Source of the DNA: Haliotis rubra
Taxonomy: Eukaryota
Reading direction: 5' to 3'
DNA: 64,000 nucleotides
Assembly (NCBI RefSeq): GCF_003918875.1
Contig: NW_025767302.1
Span: 1,922,001 to 1,986,000 of the forward strand
Below the pieces are notes generated by a model. It saw only the letters and a program-made list of their open reading frames with translations. It was not told the DNA's origin and did no database searches. A program made the translations under genes and the position numbers. Shown here piece by piece: positions 46,884-58,800 of the stretch (its first letter is position 1; the number at the start of each line of letters is the position of its first letter).

Positions 46884-49800
46884 CTGCAACACAATGTCAC
46901 AATTCCAATAACAACCACAATGATACAGACATACAATAGCTGTTATTAGATATTACTACTTGCCATCTTTCAAATAAGATTTTACTTTGGCTAGTTTAAC
47001 ATATCAAGATTTCTGTATGTGAAACATTGGGTAAGTGTCTTACCATCTTTGTTCATCAGGTTAATGTCAAGGACACCCGACCGCCATGTGTTCTGTTGGC
47101 CATGTTGAAAGACTCGATGTCTGAGGACCATCCGACACTGCCGCTTGACATGCTGGCTGTTGCAGAGTCGCATCAAGAAGTTCTCGAGCACAGACTCACC
47201 CTCACCCACAAACTGGAAAGAAAGGTGGACAGGTTGGAAACTGATCAAGTTATACAATTTTAATGATCCAATTCTTGTGGGGGACTGAGTTGATTCTTTC
47301 TTTGTGAGATCTTCTGCTCAAGAGGAACAGATGGTTGTGACTTTTTCCATAAAACAAACAAACTACTTATACAAATGGCCATCATAAGCTTCTATCTTTC
47401 ACAATACAGAACCAAGAATGGATTCCATTGTCTCCCACTTTAATTTAGAGCCAGCTATAGGCCACGATAGTCACCTGAGCTTTAATTAGAATCATCACAA
47501 CATTTTTATTCAAGACAAAAACAAGCAATTACTCAATTTGTTGTGGCCCTGTTGTAAATGTTTTTCTTAATTTCATTAGCAAGTCTGTTTAATCTTGCAT
47601 GGTCTAAATCAAACCTGAAAACATGTTTCCTACTTTCAACTGACTGAAAACATGAATGAACCAGGATATCATGTTCCATCCTACAATATGGCTTTGAATT
47701 GCAGTGGAAAACATACTTGTCTAACTATAAGAAGTACTGTTGATTTTAAGAAATGTCAGTCTGTATGAATGATCTGTAATGTACCTGCTGCATGAAGACT
47801 TCTCCCTGCTCCTGTGCAGCCACCTCCAGGTGGTGCCACTGTTCCGGTGACAAACGAAGCAAGAGCTGCACATTTTCCGGGGAGTTTGAAAACGAAACCA
47901 CAGCAGGACTTGTTCCATCATCTACCAGGATGCTGGGTGTGTGAAAAACAACAACAACAATAATAATAATAATAATGGCATTTATATATTTATAAATACT
48001 GTCTCCACGTCATGAAGGTATGCTCAAAGCGCAAAACACATCTATTCAGACAACCTACAAATACTACAAAGGGGTTGGTGTAAACAATACACAAAACTTC
48101 ATGGAGAACCTGTAAAGGGTCCACTTGTGAGAAATCTTAAAGAGCAGGCACAGCGATCAATCTTCATGCTATAACTGTCAGGCGCATAGCAAGCAAATTT
48201 TTTCATGTAAGTCTGTAAGCAAAGCTTGATATTTTGATAGGATTGAGGGCTTGCCCAACCTTTTTAGCAACAACCATGTGTAAGCCCAGGCATTTTTATA
48301 TAATGGTAGCTACGCCTCTAACTGTCGTAAGTCTATGTTAAAGTATATGACCACCTTAGCCCTACAACAGCTATGAATAAGGCCACCCTGAATTGCATGA
48401 GTGCACATGGATATAATGTGGACTATATGATGGGATGATTCAGTGTACAGCTGATGTGGCCCACACGTAGGATTTCCATTGTAAAGTTTGCACATACATC
48501 AGTTCACTTCATATGTCACACAAATAATTTCAATATGTTGTTGAATAATGACAAAAGTATGATATTTTATAGCTAAAACACATGGAATTATCATGAAACG
48601 GCCCTCCTATTATCAGAAATTTGTGGGCCACTGCTAATGATATTGGACCACTCAACCTTAACGACGGGCCACTATCAGTTCTGTTGTCAAGTGACGTCAT
48701 AGTGGGTGCGTCGGTTCATTCGACATTGGCTATGGACTGGCAGATATTCTGGGTCAAACAAGTCAAAGCAACACGAATTCCCGCTTTAAATAGCTGTAAT
48801 ATTGGCTTTCTAGCTGGTGCTAACCTCAACAATTGCACTATTAACGTTGTTGTTGGGCCAAAACCGAACACTGACATAGTTTGACATGTTGCAGACTATG
48901 GTCTTGTTAAAGGCCAAGGTCGAATATCGTCACTTTCTGTTGTGCGTAAGTTGAATTGTTCGATGAGGTAATTGCATTCGGGCAGTCAACCCCCTCAGAA
49001 GTTGGTTTTGAGTAAACTTACAGTCAAATTCCTTCATTGTTTCCTTTTTCTTTTCAACACAAATTCCATGTATTTTAGCAATAATAACGGTGATGCTATT
49101 TTTGAGGGCACTATCATTTGCAGAAGCCCTCGGTCTTTTTCAACTGCCGTCCTTCGTCGGGCAGTTAATGGAAGACCACAGGCTTCTGCAAATGATAATG
49201 CCCTCAAAAATAGCATTACCGTTATAATACTAAATATCAATAAAAGTATGATAACTGACTAAATAATGATAAACATGATATTGTACTGAATATACTTTAG
49301 TTGAAAGGACAACTTTACCTTAACATACTACCTGTGACCAGGTGGAGTCAACTTTGTGTGCAGACTCTTTCAGTGGTGTCACAAACCCTAGTGTACAGTA
49401 CACAACCCTGTGCACTTAAAAGAACCCACGAATCCGTTGGTATATAACCAGATGGTGGCCACATGAATATGTGCAAACACCTAGTTGCGGGGTACAGCAA
49501 CGTGCAGTAAACTTGGACAAAGTACTGTGACTATGTGTCCCAGTCCACCCAGCTGTGAATGGGAACCTGGTAAGTATGGGAAAGCCGCAATAACACGGTG
49601 CGCCTTGTGGCAGCAAGAGTTGTATGATCCCCATGGAGCTGAGATTGATAATAAGATGTGCCGTTGAGATTGACATCCAATGATCGAGGGGAAAATACCA
49701 GCGTCTTGAGCATGCAGTAGTGTGTGGATATGTGCGCTATATAAATATCCAATAATAAAAAAATAAATAATAAATAACAACTTGGGCCTACCTGACTTTA

Positions 49801-52800
49801 GCACTGAGATATGTGTCGGTGACAGTACAGGACGGGCTGCTGCAGCCTGTGGTGGTGACGATGCTGCCACAAGTGCTGCACACAGACTTGAGACACAGCT
49901 TCATGAAGTGGCAGATGTAGCAAGTGGAAGTGAACTCAGCACTTGACGTCGGACACCGCCATATGTCTATAATGTACTGGTGGGGGGACTTTCACCGTGT
50001 CTGTGTCCTGTACAGGATGGTCTGTGACGGGTCTGAAACAGAGATGCACTGAAGTGGGATTGACCATCTGGTGTATGTTTTTTCCCACTCACACAGGTTT
50101 CAAACAAAGTTTAACAAAACAGCTACATAACTGTCCCTAATCATGACAAGGATCGACTACTGTAACAGTCTCCTTGTTGGAGCATCTGCTGTGCAGATAA
50201 ATCGTCTCCAGCGTGTACAGAATACGGCCTCCAGGATTGTGTCACTCGCCCGTAAACAAGTTCATATCACTCCAATCCTGAAGGATCTACACTGGCTTCC
50301 AGTGCAGCACAGGATTACTTTCAAGATCCTCTGCTTAACCCACTGGTGTCTGTCCGGCGACGCTCCAGGCTACCTACAGGACCTCCTGCCTGTCTACTCT
50401 CCCCCTTGATCCCTACGCTCTGAGTCCAAGCTTCTGTGTCGCATTCCCAACATCAAGACTGTGAGATATGGCCAGCGTTCCTTCTCATATGCAGCGACAT
50501 CCACGTTGAACAGCCTCCCAGAATCAATCAGAAGATCTCTAAATCTAATGTCTTTCAGACGTCAACTCTAGACCTATCTCTTTCAACAGCTCTGAACTCT
50601 TCTTATTTGACTGTGCGCTTCGAGCATGCATGCGCAATACAAGTGGTCTATTATTATTATTACATTACTTGTTTCTTGTATTATGGTAGGATCGGCAATA
50701 TTCAGCTACATAAACATTGCATCCAGTAAATATCAAACCTGGGTGAGGCAAAGCGATTTGTTGATCATCACAACTGGTTCCATCATTACACTAGGAAGCA
50801 TCACCATCAACTGAATCACTGGTCCTGGCCATAAGCCTAGGTTTGATTTACTTTTGTGAGTTGAAGGACCAAGGACATATTCTGACACAGTTGCCCACTG
50901 GATAATTTTCACATGAATCTGACACCTGAAAAAGTGTACACATTCTCGATGCGAGACACCTTCCTCTCTTGTCCCGGAACTACCTACCTGTGTGAGTCTG
51001 ACACCTGGAAAAGTGTTACAGTAGATACAGCTGTGAACTGACAGTACACATTCTCGATGCGAGACACTGGAAAAGTGTTACTTCCTTCCTCTCTTGTCTC
51101 CGGAACCTACCTACCTGGAAAAGTGTTACAGTAGTGAGTCTGACACCTGGAAAAAGTGTTACAGTAGATATAGCTGTGAACTGACAGTAGACATTCTCGA
51201 TGCGAGACATCTTCCTCTCTTGTCCCGGAACTACCTACCTGTGTGAGTCTGACACCTGGAAAAGTGTTACAGTAGATATAGCTGTGAACTGGCAGTACAC
51301 ATTCTCGATGCGAGACACCTTCCTCTCCAGGACACCTTCCTCGCCGGAACTCTACACCAGCACCAGGCAGGAGTCCCAGGGGATAGGAAGATGTCGGGAG
51401 GTTCATGTAAACGGGTATCTCTGCATCCGACGTGAGACTCCGCACTTGCAGGTATACACACTGGCCATCAAGCACAGATACGCCTGGCAATGAACACAAG
51501 GTGCTCCTTTTATTACCAATATCATATAAACATAAAACATATTACCTAACCATGAGATCTAAATGGCTTATTTGAAAATGATGGTTACACTATAAACCTG
51601 TATGGTAGATTCTTGTGATAATGGGGCAGTGGGGTAGCCTAGTGGTTAAAGTGTTTGCTTATCATCCCGAAGACCGGGTTCGATTCCCCCCATGGGTACA
51701 ATGTGTGAAGCCTATTTCTGATGTCCTCCGCCGTGATATTGCTGGAATATTGCTAAAAGCAGCGTAAAAGCATACTCTATCACTCACTCTTGTGATAAAT
51801 CCTGTCCTAGTCATTTAGAACTGTTTATGTGAAAACCTCAATACATATTCATGTGCTATAAGTCCATTTTTAGGTTTTACTAGATATGCAGCGACTTCTT
51901 TGAGAGACATTGGAGTTGAAATACAACTTCTTTATTTACAATGGAGCAGTGGTTATATAGCAGTAAATCACCTTCTTTTTGTAGGTGATCTGGTTATCAT
52001 GTAACACAAGGAGACAACTACACAGTGATTACTATTTAGTGAGAACAATAGAATTCTAGGTAAGTACATGTGTTTGCCTTTGTCATTTATCTGACAGACA
52101 GGGGTATTCATAAATATGACTTAAAGGTGAGGTGAAATTGGGTTTTACGTCGTGCTTGAGAATATTTCGCTCATATGACGACGTGCATGCGTGTGTATGT
52201 GCGGCTGCTTGTACTAGCCAACCTAAGCTGGTTTTATAGTGCTAGCCCACTGAGATACCATGCCGCAGTGAAGCATGAATACCCCACTCAGACACATTAT
52301 ACTGACTCCGAGCTGACCAGTCCTTGTTGTACCCATTAATGCCGAACGCCAGGCAGGGACCAACAAGTACCATATTTTAATGTATTTTGGTATGACGCGG
52401 TCGGGGATCGAACCCGCAACCTTCCGCTCTCCGGGCGGACGCTCTTACCACTACACCACGGAGGCGGTTTATGACCTAAAGACCAATTGTACAACATGTG
52501 AACAATGATTTTGTCCCTTACTTGCTACCGTATGATGGTCAGATTTTCGTCATTTTAAATAGCAGTGTTAGCAAACAAACTAACGACATTTAAAGAGATG
52601 TCACTCCAAACATAAGACAATTATCAATATATGTAATAACTGGGTTTAAATTAGTAATGTTCAAAAACAAATAGTTCCTAGCTCTACAATGCTAACATGT
52701 GACAGTTTCAGCTTCTCCGAGGTAGTAGTGAGTGATTGAGTTTAGTTTTACGCCACACTCAACAATATTCCAGCTATATGGCAGCGGTCTGTAAATGATT

Positions 52801-55800
52801 CAGTCTGGACCAGACAATCCAGTGATCAACAGCATGAACATGAATCTGAACAATTGGGAACTGTCAACCAAGCCAGCAAGCAAGACCACCCGATCCCGTT
52901 AGTCGCCTCTTACGACAAGCATGGGCTACTGAAGGTTCATTCTAACCCGGACCTTCATGGGTCTCTCAGGGGTAGTATGGTAATTAAAATTTGCTTTCAT
53001 TATCACAGTAAACACCAATTATCAATAAATCAATTCAATAAGCATTTAAAACTACTTGGAATGTTTTTCACATATTTTTGACAATTTTTTTATGAATTTG
53101 TTTGAATGTCATTCTAGAAATTGGTGCGTCAATAAGTAGGCATACGACTTAATGGAAACCAACTTCTTGTTTATTGCATAGAACGATGTTTCGGTGTAGA
53201 TTTTTACACCACTATCAAGTTTAAAGTGAATAGTTTGATAACAGTGTAAGAATCTACACCAAATCATCTCTCTATGCAATAAACACTAAGTTTATATCTA
53301 TTAACACCTATGCTTCATTATTGAGGAATTTGGGTAAAAAGTATTCCAATGGTCAACATGATGGTTTGCATCTGTGCATTTCCTGTAAGCACCTCATCCT
53401 ACCTAGCTGCTGGTTGACTTGCTGTAGAGAGTCACTGGGCTTTGACTGTCGGCGTGAACCTGCTTGGGAGCATGTCTGAGACCGATGGGAGTGGGAGATA
53501 ATTCTACCCCATAGGTTTACCTGGGTTCCACAAAAACTGGAAAAAATATAAGTTTAGGCTTGATCATAATCAATCAAAGTTCACGCTTGTAGGAAAACAT
53601 TTTCACTCTGTGTACTAAATAAGTCCCAGTTTATACATGACAATATTATCAACAGTAATACAGGGTGTTATTGTACACAACAACCTTAGCCCTACGACTG
53701 CCTATGTTAAAGGATGGGAGTTATGATCACCTTAGCACTAACATTGCTTTGTGCATGCACTCAGGTTTCAAGGCTAAGGTGGTTTCACTATAAACCATGC
53801 ATTTTCCATGTCCTAATTGACTAGTATGTTTCTGTAATGGCCTGGACTCATTGTAACCTCTCTCTTAATCATTCTTGAGGGACTTGTAAGCCTGGGCCTA
53901 GATTTTCGAAGCTCTCTTAACGATAAGATAGTCGTAAGTTAATGTATGGCATTTATGACTATCTTAGCACTAAGAGAGCTTCGAAAATCTAGTCCCAGGA
54001 TTTTATAGTAGACTATACTTAAAGTAATCCTGATGAACTAGTAAGGCAGTGTTTCTAGAATAACTGGGTTTCATTGTTTCATTTCATTATAGCGTATTAC
54101 TAGTAAGGTAAGGATGGACTAGTATGGCTGGGTTTCATAGAAGATCATAATTCAATGAATGTTGATGGACTGGATTTCTTTCATTTCAACCAGAACACCT
54201 ACATCATGTACATGTAAGTCCAGCCTAAGGTCCAAATAGTGGTGTTCCGATGATCGAAAAAAATCGAAAATCAATCGAAAGAAGGATTAAAAATGATTAT
54301 CGATTGTAAAAAAAATATTTTGGATTAATCAGAATTTTGTTGTTTTTGTATAACACCCTTGAATTAAGTATACTAACCATTTAATTTGATGAATATTCAC
54401 GAACAAACATGCGCTCAACAGTGTAATGCTATGTGCATTGTAAAATTTTAACCACTTCTATTGTTTATTTACAATTCCAGTGTCTTACTTGCATGCGTGC
54501 ATTTCACTGCATGACAGTATTAGTTATAAAAAAACATTAATTAGAAAAACCTGGGGAAAACCCCTTAAAATTGGTGATTACATTAAAAATGTATATATTT
54601 TGATTATAATCGATAATCAATCACCAAAAGTCCTCCAATAATCGATAATGGATTTGGTTTCCGATTCCCAACACTAGGTCCACACATAGGGGTTCGAAGG
54701 ATGCTGAGCATCATCAACAGTGATACGATGACAGATTTATCTACCACCAAAACAGGTGACCAATTCACTTCATTTAAACTGACTGAAACTCATTTTAAGA
54801 TGTCTGTACTTACTATCCACACAGCATATTTGTCTGATTATGTTTCATTCCCACAAGAGAGTGCTACTAAGACAACAGAACACATCTAATTGATACCTTG
54901 AGAGTTTCACTTTCAATCACTGATTTGCCTTTGTAACGAGGCCAGCAAGATATGTTGCTGAGTAAGTGGGTGAGTTGGGTTTGCTTTGAAGAGTATTTCA
55001 GTTATACTATGGTGTGTTAGTTTGATGTTTGAGGAAAAGGGAAAGTGAAGCAGATCTTATATTAGACATTTACCACCTTGGTGAAACCCACAGCAAAAGT
55101 TTCTGGCACTTAACACAGTGAATTGTGGCACCTTGAACACCACGGCTGGAATACAACTGACTTACCCCATCAACACACACATGTATCATTTATAGTTGAA
55201 GTCAACATACCTGCCTGATAAAACCTCTGAGAGATCTGTAAACTTCACCACATCAAAAATGTTTGGGTCAATCTGAAAGTTCAGACATTATTTACATTAG
55301 ACAAAGAATATTCATGAGTCTTATATACAAAACTCGGGCCTTCAGTTGACTTTGGTAAGATGAAGTACATTCAAAGTGTTTAAAATTTGAACCTGAAATA
55401 CTTAACATATCTAACCTGAATTTCACAGCATTTGAAAGTGAAAAACAAGAAAAGGTTATCTATAAATTCACTGTATCCACAGAGACAAAATTGTGGAGAC
55501 ACAATTATGATTGTGAGTGATACACTTTATTTCATATACTTTGCCAATATGAATATCACTCATAACCTACAGTACATGTTTCAATCCATTACAAATCACC
55601 ATGCCTTCTGAAACAACATTAAACATGTGGCTTTTACACTCACACATTCTGGGCTGAACACACGTGTGACCCTGACATTATGGGGAACCTGCACACACAC
55701 ACGTGAGTGAGATGACTCAATAGCCTTCCTCATCCTGGTTTCCAGGGGCTGGGGCTGGAACCTGCCTCCCTGCCCCGGTGCTGTCAGAGTGTAGAGGGCA

Positions 55801-58800
55801 CCTGTCTGGAGCACACTGTACCACCCCACATTGCCCTGAAACAGCAGCACAGCAGGCTGAGCAGCCCCACTTCCTGGACAACCACCTACAGCTGCTCCTG
55901 TACAACTTCCTCCTCCACTGCTTCCTTCTGAGCAAAATTCTTTATGAACAGGTTGTTGATGAACAGTTCTCTCTATGGAACTATTTCTGGGAGAGGATCC
56001 ACTGTCAGCACTTTTTCTTGACAGAGCTTCAGGCTTTGATGTGTTCAAATCTATCTTACAAGGATGAAGATTCAACGATGATGTATTTACATTTTCAAAG
56101 CCCTGGTTCTCTTTTAGCTTGATATATGCACTGCTCTGGTGGTTTTTTTACAACTTGTGAGATTACCACTCTGCATATTTCTGATTCTGCCTATGTCATC
56201 ATTTCTAGATGAGTTTGCTTGTCCTATCAAATATCCAAGAACACAGAACCTAAGCTTTGGGGACTCCTTCCTGCTGAGAGTAGTCAGAGACTCCTTGTGG
56301 GAGATGTAGACCAACTGAGACTCAGATGATTCTTCAGTATGTGATTCATCCTTAATGTCATATTCATTCTGTCTCTTCCTCTTTGGTGGAGGAGCTGATG
56401 AAGTCCTGTCTTTCCTTTCAAGGAATTCTTTCTCCTGTGCCAGTTGATAAACGGAGCCTTCACCTGACAACCTGGATGGAAGGTCTATCAGCACACAGTC
56501 TGTAAGGGAGATCTGGAGGTACAGAACATGTCTGGATCTGGTCACATATTTGGTGTCAATGTGGTAGGAGTTGGGAACATCAATATTGAGGAACCGCTCA
56601 GCAATCCGCTTGTACCTGGTGACACAAATGATGCTGCCAAGCAGGTTGGGCTGTACCAAGGGACATGTTAAAGCATGCCCCAGCTTAGGGCTGACACAGG
56701 CTGGACAACAAACATGGCCGCTTGGTGGATTGGAGGAGCAGACGGCAAGGTCAACTGATCCTGTAGCATCCTGTAGCTGGAGTCTTCCTGTCACATGACT
56801 GGACTGGAGGTATCCAATCAGAAGCTGGAAAGAAGAAAATGTCACCATCATAACCTTGCCACACATGCCTCGATCCCTTCCTCATTGTATACACACATAG
56901 GGCTACAGTATTATACAACAGTAACAGATGGAATCATCTGCATTATATCACACAACCATCCCTTCACTCTAAAGTTTCACACACACAACAGATATGGATG
57001 GAATATCCAGCTATATCTCACCTTGCCCTGACTCTTCTCCACAGTCTCGGACACAGGGTTCCAGTAGAGTTGCTGGTTCAGATCAGACACAGATAGTTGG
57101 GATCCGTAGTACTTCTGTCGAAGGTCGGTCAGGTCACGTGACTTCTCAGAAAGATCATCAGTTTCTCTGCTGATACTGACAAGGTCAGGGATTCTCGGTT
57201 TTGACTGGAAACAAAGCCCCATTTCATCACAATGCCAAAAATACCCTCATCATCTTCACTAGTGTTTAGTCTCTGAAACACTAAAACTCAGAGAAACAAT
57301 TACAACTGTAATTGAAAAGGACCCTCTGTGGGAGGCTAGTTTGCTTCATTCAAACTTTTTTTTATTACAAGCAGTGATGGGCTGAAGGGAAATAATATGG
57401 TTCTGGGACTGAGGGACAGCTCTTTACAAAGAATTCACAACATCTGGGGTCAATATTGTCAAAAGACAATAATTGCAAATTCTTTAAATTTTGCTGTAAT
57501 TATAAGCTGACTCCTAGACTCTCACCTAGATGCTTGGTTTATCAGGGTCATACCTCAGCTTGTTGGTTTCATCAAAGTGAATGTCACTATAATCAAAATC
57601 ACTTGATATGCTGTGACACCTCTCAAAACGGTGTTAAACCCAAATTACTCACTGTGGAAAAATACATTTAAGCCCCAAATATTAATTGATAATTCTTTAA
57701 TGAGCAGGTTACAGGATATCCAACTTTCTCACTGGATTAGAAGGCAGTTACATGACCATGAAACTGACGCTGAAACTGATGCCCCCCGAACCAACATTCA
57801 TACATTTAGGGCCTCTGTGTCTAAAAGTGAAAGTCAATTTAGAATTATGAAAATACCCCCCCTACCTGCCCTCTACCAACGCAGCAGGCATGTGGAGATT
57901 CCAGGAACTCTTGCAGCAGATTTCTGGGTTCCTCCTGTAGCCATGGGCAACAGCTGCTGTTCAAGATGACAGGGATGAGAGGGATGGTGCCAGACAATGG
58001 CAGGTCACTGCAGACAGAAACATATTCTTTCTGACATAACAAACAGCCAACTTAAGGACCAAACATGCTTAAAGGCAGACAAGGTTTAAGCTCATTGGAA
58101 GTTTGAACAAATATTATTCAACCGGAAAACCTCATTGTCTGACTGAAGACCCATGTTTTCAGACATACAGTATATCCTTTCATAGGAGAAAGAAAACCTG
58201 AAGTACGTGGGGCCATGTGTTAGCTAATTACATGTCTACAACATGGCAGAATATGGAGCTCAACATCACTCAAGTTATTTCCCTTTGATTAAGATATCAT
58301 GTAGTCAACAACTGTAAACTGACTACTGCAACCATTCAACTGCTGAGAGTGGAGTGAGAAGCATTGAGGAGGGGAGGTGCAGGGTAGGGGATGGTGAAGG
58401 CAAGGGAGCAGAGTGAGTGTCGTTAATGGAACACTGAAAGTCTTCCACATCACATGTGAACCATATGAGAGTGTCCTCCAATCTGTTCAATATGGACCTG
58501 AAAGAATGTAGCTCTCCTCAATGTTTTTTAACATAATACTTGATCAGAAAGGTCATAAAAAGTGTAAACAAGTATAAGACAGCAGAAAGTTTCTGTTTGT
58601 CAAATATCATGTCTAGAACCAGATATGATTCTTGTGAGCACCTTACAGAGAGATTATTGTCAAAATCATTTATGCAATATCTACAGAATTTGTGGTTTCA
58701 GAAGAGAAGGCTTACAAAGAACATGTAAAAGTTAATATGGATGACGGATTATGACAACATTACCCAGAATACTTGACCTTTGTCATGAGAAAATAAGCAA

